Positions 37,884 through 48,112 of a DNA stretch of 64,000 nt are shown here, piece by piece. The stretch comes from Methanobacteriota archaeon (GTDB lineage: Archaea; Thermoplasmatota; Thermoplasmata; Thermoplasmatales; ARK-15), in assembly GCA_009758405.1 (NCBI GenBank), contig WSBC01000032.1:87934-151933 (forward strand), in the 5' to 3' direction. The position numbers were made by a program, and so were the translations under genes. The notes under the pieces were generated by a model. It worked only from the letters and a program-made list of their open reading frames with translations. It was not told the DNA's origin and ran no database searches. Within the stretch, counting starts at the first letter, position 1; the number at the start of each line of letters is the position of its first letter.

Positions 37884-38394
37884 CCTTGAAATAGAAATAA
37901 AGGCAAGGGTACAAAGCCTACAGGATGTTGAAAAGAAGATAATTGAAATGGGTGGAATATTTGTTAGAGAGGAGTTGCAGGATGATGAATATTTTTCACA
38001 CCCCTGTAAGGACTTTGCAAATACAGATGAGGCACTCAGGCTAAGGAAAAATGGGAGTAATATAATTCTTACATACAAAGGTAAAAGAATTGACAATATA
38101 ACAAAAACAAGGGAGGAATATGAGGCAATTGTTAATGGTGAGATAAGGGAAATCCTAATAAAGCTTGGTTTTTCACCATTTGCAAGTATAAGTAAAACAA
38201 GAAAGATTTATATTTTGGGGGATATAGAGATATCACTTGATAATGTCAAGGAACTTGGTAGTTTTGTGGAGATAGAAACACATGGAGATTATAAGGATGG
38301 AAAGGAAAGGATAATGGATCTTGCGAAAAAATTATCCCTTGGGAATCTCGAAAAAAGATCATATCTTGAAATGGTGGTGAACAAGGATGGATAA
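37861..38394 (+). CDS. CYTH-domain protein (CyaB/ThTPase-type triphosphate tunnel metalloenzyme)
   Basis: N-terminal LEIEIKARV carries the ExExK signature. About 175 aa beta-barrel-type sequence. GTG start in the track, with TTG 37873 as an alternative. Confidence 0.75.
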   Translation: MQRSLKNNLEIEIKARVQSLQDVEKKIIEMGGIFVREELQDDEYFSHPCKDFANTDEALRLRKNGSNIILTYKGKRIDNITKTREEYEAIVNGEIREILIKLGFSPFASISKTRKIYILGDIEISLDNVKELGSFVEIETHGDYKDGKERIMDLAKKLSLGNLEKRSYLEMVVNKDG

Positions 38395-39355
38395 ATTTCA
38401 ATCAATTACCTACAAGTATTACCTCGGTGAGATGAAGGATTACATATTCTATTCAAGGCTATCCGAGATCGAGAAGGATGAAAATCTGAGATCCTCGCTA
38501 AAGAAACTATCATTAATGGAAAGGGAGCATGCAAAGTTCTTTCTTTCAATGCTAGGTAAAAGTGAGGAAAGGTTACCTAGATGGAGCATATATTTTTCGC
38601 TTCTCCTTAGATATATATTGGGGCTTTCAATCACATTAAAAATTCTTGAAAGGGGTGAAAAAAAGGCGATTGAATCATACATAAAAATGCTTGATGAAGG
38701 GGAAATACCTGAACAGTATAAAAGTAAACTAAGGGCAATCATAATTGATGAAATATACCATGAGAATTTTTTTGAACAGAGTGAAGAATTTGTTGCTAAA
38801 AGAACAGAAAAAATAAGGGATGCGGTCTATGGTATGTCTGATGGACTGGTAGAGGTACTGGCCTCCGTGTCAGGCCTTGCGCCGGTCATTCTTGTTCCTA
38901 TATATGTTGCTATTGGTGGTCTTGTTGTTGGAATTTCAGGTAGTCTTTCTATGGCGATAGGTGCTTACCTCTCAGTGAAGGCAGAAAGCGATTATAGAGA
39001 ATCCAAGGTAAGGATTGAAGAATTAAAATCCAGGGTAACAGGTGAAGAATTGAAAGAGGAAAAGAAAATTTATTCTAATCCTCTTAGGTCTGCATTGAAT
39101 ACAGGTTTATTTTATATCCTAGGGGCATTATTTCCAATAATACCATTCATTTTCCTTGGCGGTGTTTATGCAATTTTTCTATCTTTTACACTTGTTGTTA
39201 TTGCACAGTCAATTACAAGCATAATTATATCCATATTATCCGATACGCCTATATTAAAAAGCCTTTTAAGAACAATATCATTAACGATCCTCGCTGCACT
39301 AGGTACATATGCCATAGGCAATATTATTCATTCAATTCTTGGAATATCCATATAG
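38387..39355 (+). CDS. VIT1/CCC1-family iron/manganese transporter with N-terminal ferritin-like domain
   Basis: 322 aa. MEREHAKFF and DEIYHENFF (ExxH ferritin-like pairs) are followed by GMSDGLVEVLASVSG and a 5-TM VIT1 core. Confidence 0.8.
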   Translation: MDKFQSITYKYYLGEMKDYIFYSRLSEIEKDENLRSSLKKLSLMEREHAKFFLSMLGKSEERLPRWSIYFSLLLRYILGLSITLKILERGEKKAIESYIKMLDEGEIPEQYKSKLRAIIIDEIYHENFFEQSEEFVAKRTEKIRDAVYGMSDGLVEVLASVSGLAPVILVPIYVAIGGLVVGISGSLSMAIGAYLSVKAESDYRESKVRIEELKSRVTGEELKEEKKIYSNPLRSALNTGLFYILGALFPIIPFIFLGGVYAIFLSFTLVVIAQSITSIIISILSDTPILKSLLRTISLTILAALGTYAIGNIIHSILGISI

Positions 39356-39521
39356 TTTATTAATTTCTTTTAAATATTCCGGAGTATGAAATTTTATATA
39401 AAAATAAATAATAATTTTGATCTTGAAGCACATTTAAGGATTATTTCAATAAAAGGAATTTATTTGAAGATTAATTTTAATTTATTTTTTAATATTTGAT
39501 TAGAGAACATTAAAGATATGC

Positions 39522-39548
39522 AGGATTTAAATCCTTTAAAAAATAAAC
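39522..39548 (-). terminator. Candidate atp operon terminator (T-run plus palindrome)
   Basis: On the minus strand, TTTATTTTTT lies about 30 nt after the atpI stop, directly followed by the perfect palindrome AGGATTTAAATCCT (39522-39535). Confidence 0.3.
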
Positions 39549-39574
39549 AGAGATTCAGAAAATTAAATGAAATT

Positions 39575-41536
39575 TCATTTTTCTGTATATCTTCTCCTTG
39601 ATGCAAAGGGTGTAAAAGGTTTACCATTCCCATGGAAGAATTTTGAAAAGAACTCCACATAATGTAACCTAGCACCTTGGATTCCAGGCTCAAATATGGC
39701 TATGAGAATATTTACAGCATGTCCTATGATGAGAACAAGGAAGGCTATTACTATATGAGATATAACACCATAATGATAGGCATGAAGGAAAATATTATCA
39801 AGAACAGAAGCAAGTATAACGGCAGCTAGCAAAACACCCATTATCCTCGTAAAAGATAGTACGTGGCTTATTATTGATGCCATTTCCATTACTGAGAATA
39901 TTCCCTCACCATATAATATGAGGCCTGTACCAGCAACAAGGAGTGAGATGCCACCATATACGCCAAGTATATTTCCAAGGCTATATACGGGGGACCATTT
40001 CAATAGCCATAAACCAAAGAGAGTAAAGCCCCAGGTAATAAGTATCCATCCAATCCTACCCCACATCTCCCTCTTATACTTCTTCCCATTTTCTCCATAG
40101 TATCTATACATTGAATATTGGTTCAATGCACCCAATATAAGACCATAGGTGACATATATTACACCTATCCATGCTGTAATTAATAGAAGCTTTGAAACAC
40201 CCTTTACAGGATCAAGAATAGGTTCATATCCAAGCTGAATTCCAAAGTATTCATTAAACATTATTCCAAATATTATCCCCCATATTGAACCGAATATCAT
40301 TGCCCTGGCAAGCATACCCCAACTATAGTTAGACATCATTGTTCTGGCAAAACTTCTTAAGGATTTCGGTAATAGGCTCTTCTTTGGTGGATGGGTTACC
40401 CTTCTCAGTAGCCATACAGAGAAACCAAGTATGATCAATGCATAACCAACATCACCAAGCATAAAACCGAAGAATATTGGAAATACAATTGAAAATATGA
40501 GTGTAGGATCAAACTCAAGTGAATTTGGAAGTGAATAGAATTTTACAAAAAACTCGAAGAATTTTATTCTTCTTGGATTTTCAAGTAGTGTAGGAGGTTC
40601 CTCATCCGTTTTGATTACATCAAGTAAAATCCTTCCTTCAGTAATTCTATCAAGATCTTCCCTTATTTTTTGCAACTCCCTCTCTGGGACCCATCCCGTT
40701 ATTGCAAAGGCGTTCTTGCTATATGCAAGCCTTGCTTTTACCTCGTTCTTTTTCATGTATATTTCTAATTCCTCTGAAATCGCACAAACAATGTCATAGT
40801 ATTCTTCGGAAATTTTTTCAAGTTTTTTTCTGAGTTCCATCTCAGTATTTTCAATTGATTTTATCTCCTCTTTTATTTTTAAAATAAGTTCTTCTGTTTT
40901 ACCATCAAATCTTGTCAATTGAAGTATTGATGCATGGTATTTGTTGAGTATTTCAAGAGTCTTTCCCTCCAAGCTCCTTGGTCCAGAAACAAAGAAATTC
41001 AGGTAATGATCTCCCTTAAATCTAAAGATCAAATCAAGACCCTTTAGTTCCTCTTCTATTCTTTCCTTTTCCTCGATCTCCATCCTACCTATGAAAAAGA
41101 AAATACTTGAAGAATCCAGATAACTTGCATCTATTCCAAGGTCCCTGAGTATTTCAAGTGTTTCAAGATCATTCGTAAGGGCCTTCTTTTTTGCCTTTAG
41201 TTCTTCAAGCTGATTTCTTATTGAGGCAAGATCATTGTCAATGTTAATTTTTTCAATTTCTGAGAATAGGTGATTCTTATCATTAAATTTATATTTTTTA
41301 CTTATCTGGTGAGGTATAAGGTATTTTTCAATTCCTTTGAACCTTACATACTGTTCAGATATTTCCTTGAAATCCTCTTGTAAATTTTCACCCAATAATT
41401 TAGATATCTCCTTGTCAACATTTTCCACCTGTATTATGCCCTTTTCATGGAGATAATCCAGTATTGACTCCCTTTTATCAATTGTTGAAATTAGGTAAAT
41501 CTTTACCATTTTAACGGGCCTTAGCACCATCTTCAC
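39575..41536 (-). CDS. atpI: A-type ATP synthase subunit I
   Basis: 653 aa. N-terminal RPVKMVKIYL, long coiled cytoplasmic domain and C-terminal polytopic domain typical of subunit I/a. Confidence 0.9.
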   Translation of the reverse strand: MKMVLRPVKMVKIYLISTIDKRESILDYLHEKGIIQVENVDKEISKLLGENLQEDFKEISEQYVRFKGIEKYLIPHQISKKYKFNDKNHLFSEIEKINIDNDLASIRNQLEELKAKKKALTNDLETLEILRDLGIDASYLDSSSIFFFIGRMEIEEKERIEEELKGLDLIFRFKGDHYLNFFVSGPRSLEGKTLEILNKYHASILQLTRFDGKTEELILKIKEEIKSIENTEMELRKKLEKISEEYYDIVCAISEELEIYMKKNEVKARLAYSKNAFAITGWVPERELQKIREDLDRITEGRILLDVIKTDEEPPTLLENPRRIKFFEFFVKFYSLPNSLEFDPTLIFSIVFPIFFGFMLGDVGYALIILGFSVWLLRRVTHPPKKSLLPKSLRSFARTMMSNYSWGMLARAMIFGSIWGIIFGIMFNEYFGIQLGYEPILDPVKGVSKLLLITAWIGVIYVTYGLILGALNQYSMYRYYGENGKKYKREMWGRIGWILITWGFTLFGLWLLKWSPVYSLGNILGVYGGISLLVAGTGLILYGEGIFSVMEMASIISHVLSFTRIMGVLLAAVILASVLDNIFLHAYHYGVISHIVIAFLVLIIGHAVNILIAIFEPGIQGARLHYVEFFSKFFHGNGKPFTPFASRRRYTEK

Positions 41537-41846
41537 CTACCAGCAATTTTTTTGAAATATTTAAAAGGGTATTATTATCAAGGTTTATTTCCTTCAACCT
41601 ATTTATTTTAATGCTCCATTCCTCCCTTATTTTTTCTTCCATTTCCTTAATTTCAATTTTAAACTTCTCCATCATTTCCTTTTTCATTTTTTCTATTTCT
41701 TCATTTGCATTCTTAATTATTTCATCTGCCTTTTTTTTGGCGGATTCTATTTCTTCAAGGGATCTTCTATTTTCCTCTTCAATGAGCCTTGAAACGTATT
41801 CCTCCTTCTCCTTTATTTTTTTCAATTCTTCATTTATATTTTCCAT
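41511..41846 (-). CDS. atpH: A-type ATP synthase subunit H
   Basis: 111 aa, E/K-rich single-helix protein in the ATPase operon. GGTGATC Shine-Dalgarno lies 3 nt upstream of the ATG. Confidence 0.7.
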   Translation of the reverse strand: MENINEELKKIKEKEEYVSRLIEEENRRSLEEIESAKKKADEIIKNANEEIEKMKKEMMEKFKIEIKEMEEKIREEWSIKINRLKEINLDNNTLLNISKKLLVGEDGAKAR

Positions 41847-41939
41847 TTAGATCACCATTATTATAATAATCATTAAGAATATAATGGCAACAACCATGTT
41901 AATAAGCCATATATTTTTAATAAGCCACATTTTCCACAT
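41847..41939 (-). CDS. Candidate 30-aa hydrophobic smORF between atpD and atpH
   Basis: ATG 41939-41937 has GGAG 5 nt upstream. Peptide [30 protein letters not shown]. Its TAA (41849-41847) abuts the atpH ATG (41846). Too short for the ORF track. Confidence 0.3.
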   Translation of the reverse strand: MWKMWLIKNIWLINMVVAIIFLMIIIIMVI

Positions 41940-42570
41940 TTTCTCTCCTCTCTAAATTTTTCTTAATCTTTTTTAGGGTAACAAAGGTATCCCTCTCCAT
42001 TTCATCAAATTTCATTTTTAAATATGTGGCCTGTCTCTCGAGTTCCGGAATAAGCACATTTTCTATCGCATTTGACCTCCTGTTAGTCTTTTCTATTTCA
42101 GCTAAAAGCCTACGGACAGAATTTTCCACCTCTGCAATTTCAAGTATTGTCTCATGGTATTTCTCGAAGTCCTTTATAACCTGGTCTATTTTTGCTGAAA
42201 ATATTATCATTCTGTATTTTGGATCTATAAGTCCTTCAAGTGATTTTTTACCTAGTTCAGGTATCCTTATTCCCATGACGTTCCTTGTTTTTATAGAAAT
42301 ACCTTGCATTTTTCTTATCATTACAGATGCATTTTCCAGGCCCGTGAGCCCATGGTATATCTCAGCTATTTTTACTGTTTCATAAGCCCTTTTAGATATT
42401 TCCTCCAAGTTTGATCTCAGGTTCCTTGACCTCTGGATTAGCTTGAAGAATTCCATTACAAGAGCGGCCCTTTTAAGCTTTAGCAATTCAAGTCCCCTTC
42501 TGGCAAGCACTATCCTCTTTTTCAGCCTAAGCAGCTCCATCCTTGTAGGCTTAACATTACTGATTGGCAT
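41917..42570 (-). CDS. atpD: A-type ATP synthase subunit D
   Basis: [20 protein letters not shown] is the typical subunit D N-terminus. I prefer ATG 42570 to the track start 42594. Confidence 0.9.
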   Translation of the reverse strand: MPISNVKPTRMELLRLKKRIVLARRGLELLKLKRAALVMEFFKLIQRSRNLRSNLEEISKRAYETVKIAEIYHGLTGLENASVMIRKMQGISIKTRNVMGIRIPELGKKSLEGLIDPKYRMIIFSAKIDQVIKDFEKYHETILEIAEVENSVRRLLAEIEKTNRRSNAIENVLIPELERQATYLKMKFDEMERDTFVTLKKIKKNLERRENVENVAY

Positions 42571-43948
42571 CTTCTTTCCTGTACCTCCTTCCATATTTTT
42601 CTATATATTCCTTCTTTACCCTCTTTAATTCACTCTCAGGTATTTCTGCAAGTAGTTCCCAACCAAGATTAAGTGTAGTTTCAATTGACCTGTCCTCATC
42701 CCTCCCCTGCCCGATGAACCTTTTTTCAAATATATCAGCGAAATGCAGGAATTTTCTATCTTCAGGGGTGAGGGCACCTTCTCCAACTATGGCACTCAGG
42801 CTTCTAAGATCCCTTCCCCTAGCATATGATGAATAGAGCTGATCCGCCACACCCCTATGATCCTCCCTAGTCTTACCCTTTCCTATACCTTGATTCATAA
42901 GCCTTGAAAGGCTTAATAATACATCAATGGGAGGATAAATTCCCTTGTGGAAAAGATCCCTGGAAAGGACCACCTGCCCCTCAGTTATATAGCCTGTCAA
43001 ATCAGGTATAGGATGTGTAATATCATCGCCAGGCATTGTTAAAATTGGAAACTGAGTCACAGATCCCTTTTTACCCTTTATTCTCCCGGCCCTCTCATAT
43101 ATGGTGGCAAGATCTGTATACATATATCCAGGATAACCCCTTCTTCCAGGTACTTCCTCCCTTGCAGCCGATATTTCTCTTAGTGCCTCGCAGTAGTTCG
43201 TCATATCAGTTAGTACAACAAGGACATGCATATCCCTTTCAAAAGCAAGGTATTCAGCAGCAGTTAATGCCATCCTGGGGGTAATAATCCTCTCCATACT
43301 AGGATCAGAGGCAAGGTTAAGAAACATAACTGCCCTTTCAAAGGCTCCTGTGGATCTGAAATTTTCAATGAAGAAGTTTGCCTCTTCACTTGTTATTCCC
43401 ATGGCAGCAAATATAACTGCAAAATTTTCCCCCTCACCGAGTACCTTTGCCTGGCGTGCAATCTGTGCAGCTATATCATTATGTGGTAACCCTGAACCAG
43501 AAAAAATTGGAAGTTTTTGACCCCTAACAAGGGTGTTCATTCCATCTATTGCAGAGATGCCTGTTTGTATGAATTCAGATGGTTCATCCCTTGCATATGG
43601 ATTTATAGCATAGCCTACTATCTCCATTTTTTCCTTTGAAAGTAATGGGCCTCCCCCATCCCTGGGGTTACCAAGGCCATCAAATACCCTGCCTAGCATT
43701 TCATCACTCACAGGCAATCTTACTATATCCCCGAGAAATTTTACAGTAGTATTAGGTACATCTAGGCCAGTTGTAGGTCCAAAAACCTGAACTATTGCAA
43801 GCCCTTTTCTAGTATCTAGGACCTGACCACTCTTCTTTTCACCATTAGGTAAAGTAATTTCAACAATTTCATTGTATCCTGCATTCTCAACGTTCTCAAC
43901 AAAAAGAAGTGGCCCGGCTATCTGGGAAACTGTCCTGTATTCTAGCAT
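42557..43948 (-). CDS. atpB: A-type ATP synthase subunit B
   Basis: 463 aa with clear A/V-ATPase B subunit sequence ([15 protein letters not shown]..., [15 protein letters not shown]). Confidence 0.95.
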   Translation of the reverse strand: MLEYRTVSQIAGPLLFVENVENAGYNEIVEITLPNGEKKSGQVLDTRKGLAIVQVFGPTTGLDVPNTTVKFLGDIVRLPVSDEMLGRVFDGLGNPRDGGGPLLSKEKMEIVGYAINPYARDEPSEFIQTGISAIDGMNTLVRGQKLPIFSGSGLPHNDIAAQIARQAKVLGEGENFAVIFAAMGITSEEANFFIENFRSTGAFERAVMFLNLASDPSMERIITPRMALTAAEYLAFERDMHVLVVLTDMTNYCEALREISAAREEVPGRRGYPGYMYTDLATIYERAGRIKGKKGSVTQFPILTMPGDDITHPIPDLTGYITEGQVVLSRDLFHKGIYPPIDVLLSLSRLMNQGIGKGKTREDHRGVADQLYSSYARGRDLRSLSAIVGEGALTPEDRKFLHFADIFEKRFIGQGRDEDRSIETTLNLGWELLAEIPESELKRVKKEYIEKYGRRYRKEDANQ

Positions 43949-43949
43949 C

Positions 43950-45695
43950 CTATTTACCCCCTTTTAAAGACTGGAATTCATTTTTTATATTATCCATAAT
44001 ATTAACAATTTTTTCTAGATGTTTTTCATCTATCTCCTTCATCCTTGTTATCTCATCCCTCACCTTCATTGACATTATTTGTTTGAGTGTAATTCCCTCT
44101 CCTAGTGCCCTCATCGCCTCATCATGGAAAAGAAGAATTGTTTTTAGCATTAGGTTTTGTTTCTTCAATGAACAGTAAGTATCTACATCATCAAATGCAC
44201 TCTGCTGTAGATAATCCTCCCTTATCATTTTTGCAGTATCAAGTATTACCCTTTCCCTATCAGGAAGCGCATCTGGACCAACAAGCTGAACGATCTCCTG
44301 AAGCTCCTCTTCCTGCTGCAAAATTGTCATTGCCCTATCTCTATAAATATTCCAATCATTGCTCACATTTTGAGAAAACCAGTTTCCTACGGTAGAATGA
44401 TACTGGGAATAGCTTGTTAGCCAGTTTACAGATGGGAAATGTCTCCTGTTTGCAAGGGATGCATCAAGAGCCCAGAAAACCTTTGTAAGTCTTAAAGTCC
44501 CTTGCGAAACAGGCTCACTTGTATCACCTCCTGGAGGTGAAACCGCTCCAACAACAGTTACTGAGCCCTGTGTACCGTTAATATTGATCACCCTGCCCGC
44601 TCTTTCATAAAATTCGGCAAGTCTCCTGCTTAGATATGCAGGGTATCCTTCTTCTCCTGGCATCTCTTCAAGCCTTCCTGAGATTTCCCTCATTGCCTCT
44701 GCCCATCTGCTTGTACTATCTGCCATCAAGGATACATCATAACCCATATCCCTGTAAAACTCGGCTATGGTTATTGCAGTGTATACGCTTGCCTCCCTAG
44801 CTGCCACAGGCATATTGCTTGTGTTTGCTATTAAAACAGTCCTATCCATTAGGGGTCCTCCGGTCCTGGGATCAATAAGCTCTGGAAATGTCACAAGCAC
44901 CTCTGTCATTTCATTTCCCCTTTCACCACAGCCAACATATACTACAATATCTGTATCGGACCATTTTGCAAGCTGGTGCTGTATAACTGTCTTACCACTT
45001 CCAAAAGGACCAATTACACATGCCGTTCCACCCTTTGCAACTGTAAAGAATGTATCTATTACCCTCTGCCCTGTAATTAATGGTAAATGTGGTGGAAGCT
45101 TTTCTTTGAAGGGTCTCGGAAACCTTACGTTGGATTTTTGTGTCAAACCAAGATCAAGGGTTTTACCATCCATCTCCAAAGAATAAACATTATCCCTTAT
45201 GTTGAATTTCCCCTCTGATATATCAATGATCTTTCCCCTTATGCCCCAGGGAACCATAATTTTTGTATCTATTGTCTTAGATTCCTTAACATATCCAACA
45301 ATTGTTCCTGGAGCCACAATATCTCCTTTTTTCAATATAGGAATAAAGTCCCATGTCTTTTTCTCATCAAGTGGAGGTGCCATAATACCCCTTTTAATGA
45401 AATCACCACTCTTATCTTTTAGGATTGGTAAGGGCCTCTGGATACCGTCATATATGTTTCCCAAAAGACCAGGACCCAGTTCAACAGAAAGGGGTGATCC
45501 TGTATTCCTCACCCTTTCACCCGGTCTAAGTCCACTTGTATCTTCATAAACCTGAATTATTGATGTGTTCCCAGTTATCCTTATTACCTCACCTACAAGG
45601 CCCTCTTCTCCTACAAGAACTACATCGTACATCTTTGCCTCCTCAACATCCTTTGCCATTACTACAGGTCCAGAAACCCTATAAATTACTCCCAT
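43950..45695 (-). CDS. atpA: A-type ATP synthase catalytic subunit A (no intein)
   Basis: 581 aa. Walker [10 protein letters not shown] and [10 protein letters not shown]. The length is that of an uninterrupted A subunit. Confidence 0.95.
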   Translation of the reverse strand: MGVIYRVSGPVVMAKDVEEAKMYDVVLVGEEGLVGEVIRITGNTSIIQVYEDTSGLRPGERVRNTGSPLSVELGPGLLGNIYDGIQRPLPILKDKSGDFIKRGIMAPPLDEKKTWDFIPILKKGDIVAPGTIVGYVKESKTIDTKIMVPWGIRGKIIDISEGKFNIRDNVYSLEMDGKTLDLGLTQKSNVRFPRPFKEKLPPHLPLITGQRVIDTFFTVAKGGTACVIGPFGSGKTVIQHQLAKWSDTDIVVYVGCGERGNEMTEVLVTFPELIDPRTGGPLMDRTVLIANTSNMPVAAREASVYTAITIAEFYRDMGYDVSLMADSTSRWAEAMREISGRLEEMPGEEGYPAYLSRRLAEFYERAGRVININGTQGSVTVVGAVSPPGGDTSEPVSQGTLRLTKVFWALDASLANRRHFPSVNWLTSYSQYHSTVGNWFSQNVSNDWNIYRDRAMTILQQEEELQEIVQLVGPDALPDRERVILDTAKMIREDYLQQSAFDDVDTYCSLKKQNLMLKTILLFHDEAMRALGEGITLKQIMSMKVRDEITRMKEIDEKHLEKIVNIMDNIKNEFQSLKGGK

Positions 45696-45702
45696 CTATA
45701 AT

Positions 45703-46029
45703 TCACACTCCTATATCTATTCCTAGTACGCGTTTAACATATTCACGCAATACCTCCTCCTCAGATTTTTTAACACTAACAGAGGAGGGTACAAATATTA
45801 CAAGTGGCTGAATTGTTGACTCTATTTTCTCAATATCCTGTTGGGACATACTATCCCTGATAATATCCGATGCAATTATCATCCCTATATCATTCCTTTT
45901 TAATAAAGATATTACTCTTCTTGCCCCTTCCTCGCCAGTTTCTTCATAACATTCAGTACAGCCTAGCAACCTGTACCCCAATACAAGAGGTTTTTCTCCT
46001 ACAACAATAATTTTATAAACATCTACCAT
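45703..46029 (-). CDS. atpF: A-type ATP synthase subunit F
   Basis: 108 aa. IVVGEKPLVLGYRLLG matches the subunit F pattern. Position between C and A. Confidence 0.85.
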   Translation of the reverse strand: MVDVYKIIVVGEKPLVLGYRLLGCTECYEETGEEGARRVISLLKRNDIGMIIASDIIRDSMSQQDIEKIESTIQPLVIFVPSSVSVKKSEEEVLREYVKRVLGIDIGV

Positions 46030-46030
46030 T

Positions 46031-47104
46031 TTAAATCACCCTTATCAACATTGATCTTATTGTATCCTGGGAAAGGCCATAATATTTTCCATAGGATATC
46101 TTTCTTATGTTCTCCCTTTCCGTCTCATACATTAATAACATTCCAATAATTGATGATAGACCAGGAGATGAAAGCCTAAATGAAGTAATGTTTTTCTCAA
46201 CTATGTATTTCTCAAGCATTATCTCGAATTCCTTAAGATCATGGTTTATATGGAATTTCTCAAGCGCCTTTGTTAAATCATAAAAATCCTTAATCTTTTC
46301 AACAATTTCATCAACACTTGTGGTTTGGGAAAGGTCATCAAGCCTTGACTTTGTTAAGTAACCTCCCTCTATCAAGTAGTTTCTTAGATCCATTGGTGGT
46401 ATGCCAAGCTCTATCCCTCTAATTAATGTCATAATATTTTTTGAATCAATTTGGCTTGCAATGAGATGAAGGAATGGAAGTTCATTTCCTAGGAATATTT
46501 TTACCTTCTCCTTTAGATTTTTAAAATAAAATAGTTCCAATTGAATAAGCATTTCCCCTATATCACCATTTTTTCTATACGCCTCGAGACCTTCTACCAA
46601 AACCTTTCCATATGGAAATTTTAGAAGATATTTTATAATTGATTCTATATCATTCTCCTCCACCATCAGCCTATAATCCTCAGGCATAAGCATTCCTGCA
46701 AAAAGTCCAGCCGGCATATCTCTTTCACTTATTAAAAATGTCTCTGTTTCCTTTACAGGCTTGCCAATAATTTTTGATGATAATATAATTTTTATATTAT
46801 TAATATCCCATTTTGAAATATATGCCCTGAGTGCATCTAGGCCAATCCTCGGAGTTATATTCAATGCCACCCTTGAGATCCTAACAAGTGCTGAGTTTAA
46901 AGATACTTCAATAAGGTCAGTACCGGAATATCTTGTTGAAAAAAATGATATGAATTCCCTATAATTCGTTTCAAGAAGCTGGTTTATTATCTGTTGAATA
47001 TCCTGAGAAGATATAAGATTCTCATATTTTTCCATGGTCAAAAGGTTACTTTCAATGGCCTTTGATCGAGCATAGGCATAAGCATAGGAAATTAATCCCT
47101 GCAA
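46031..47104 (-). CDS. atpC: A-type ATP synthase subunit C
   Basis: 357 aa helical protein. YAYARSKA N-terminal motif of subunit C/d. Operon position fits. Confidence 0.85.
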   Translation of the reverse strand: MQGLISYAYAYARSKAIESNLLTMEKYENLISSQDIQQIINQLLETNYREFISFFSTRYSGTDLIEVSLNSALVRISRVALNITPRIGLDALRAYISKWDINNIKIILSSKIIGKPVKETETFLISERDMPAGLFAGMLMPEDYRLMVEENDIESIIKYLLKFPYGKVLVEGLEAYRKNGDIGEMLIQLELFYFKNLKEKVKIFLGNELPFLHLIASQIDSKNIMTLIRGIELGIPPMDLRNYLIEGGYLTKSRLDDLSQTTSVDEIVEKIKDFYDLTKALEKFHINHDLKEFEIMLEKYIVEKNITSFRLSSPGLSSIIGMLLMYETERENIRKISYGKYYGLSQDTIRSMLIRVI

Positions 47105-47105
47105 T

Positions 47106-47675
47106 TCACAATTCCCCCTTTATCTTATCGTAAATTTCCTGTTTTATCTGTAAAATTTTTTCATTTAAAATTGTATTTATTGAATAGTCTGCCCTCTTTT
47201 TACCATCTCTGGCTTCTATTATAACACCACCTAGAGGCTCCAGATCTTTGGATATTTTTATGTTTTTTTCCTCTTTTATCAAATCCCTGTCCTTCTCTGA
47301 AATTATTATTATTGCATCCTCTCCAAGATCCTCCTTTCCCTTCTTTATTGACATTTTTATATATTCACTGTAATATTCTGTATTTCTAAGTGAGATGAGT
47401 ATCCTCTTTATTTCTTCCACACTTTTATCTATTATGTCATTCAAAGTTCTATGGTATTGGATCTTCATCTCCATGTTTACGGTAGATATTACTCTTCTCC
47501 TTTCATACTCAAGTTGTTTTGTAATGTTCTTCTTTGCTTCTTCAAGCAAATTTTTTGCCCTTTCCATTGCATCATTAATAATCCTCGTTACCTTTTCTTC
47601 AGTGTCCTTTCTTATGTTATCTATCTGTATCCTGCCCTTCTCCTCAATGTCCCTTAATATCTCTTCAATTGCCAT
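47106..47675 (-). CDS. atpE: A-type ATP synthase subunit E
   Basis: 189 aa. Long charged N-terminal helix plus a globular C-terminus (GGVIIEARDGK). Operon position fits. Confidence 0.85.
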   Translation of the reverse strand: MAIEEILRDIEEKGRIQIDNIRKDTEEKVTRIINDAMERAKNLLEEAKKNITKQLEYERRRVISTVNMEMKIQYHRTLNDIIDKSVEEIKRILISLRNTEYYSEYIKMSIKKGKEDLGEDAIIIISEKDRDLIKEEKNIKISKDLEPLGGVIIEARDGKKRADYSINTILNEKILQIKQEIYDKIKGEL

Positions 47676-47679
47676 TTTT

Positions 47680-47907
47680 TCAACCGAGGATGTGCATCAG
47701 GATTATTAACCCGAAAACAAAACCAAATATGAACAGGGTCTCTGGGATCACAAGGAAGAATAATACCTGACCCATTTTTTCAGGTTTTTCTGCAACAACA
47801 CCCATACCTGCTGCTCCAATACCCTGCTGCGCAAGACCTGTACCTATCAACCCACCAGCCATCGAAACCGCGGCTGCAAGAGCATAAATAGCAGTAGTAA
47901 TATCCAT
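47680..47907 (-). CDS. atpK: A-type ATP synthase proteolipid subunit K (single hairpin)
   Basis: 75 aa with two TM helices. G-rich helix 1 (GGLIGTGLAQQGIGAAG) and the conserved carboxylate in VIPETL. Confidence 0.9.
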   Translation of the reverse strand: MDITTAIYALAAAVSMAGGLIGTGLAQQGIGAAGMGVVAEKPEKMGQVLFFLVIPETLFIFGFVFGLIILMHILG

Positions 47908-47950
47908 ACGCTAACCTCCTGCAGGGTTATTGTTTTGCTAAATATAAAGT
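47908..47950 (-). promoter_or_regulatory. atp operon 5' region: Shine-Dalgarno GGAGG and TATA-like TTTATATT
   Basis: GGAGG (complement of 47915-47919) lies 7 nt upstream of the atpK ATG. TTTATATT (complement of 47941-47948) lies 34-41 nt upstream. Confidence 0.4.
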
Positions 47951-48112
47951 TTTGTGAGCTAATTTTAGATCAATTTTATCTTAAAAAAAATTTACACCAT
48001 TGTTACAAAAATAATAAATAGTGAAATAATCTATTTTAGCACAGGAGAATTCATCAATGTATTATCATTAAAAAAGAAAATTTTTATTTGGTAGTTAAAA
48101 ATCTGGGTTTCT

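Noticed and set aside
38692-38712. TGATGA + 11 nt + CTGA within the VIT1 coding sequence
   Set aside because: The C box lacks the leading purine. The next TGATGA is 33 nt away and no terminal D box is present. It is coding sequence on the same strand.
39460-39693. 77-aa minus-strand ORF spanning the atpI 3' end and the downstream spacer
   Set aside because: It is out of frame with atpI, overlaps its conserved C-terminus, and the remainder is AT-rich terminator region.
43950-45695. Looked for a VMA intein in atpA, as found in some archaeal A subunits
   Set aside because: The ORF is 581 aa with contiguous conserved blocks around the P-loop, so no insertion is present.
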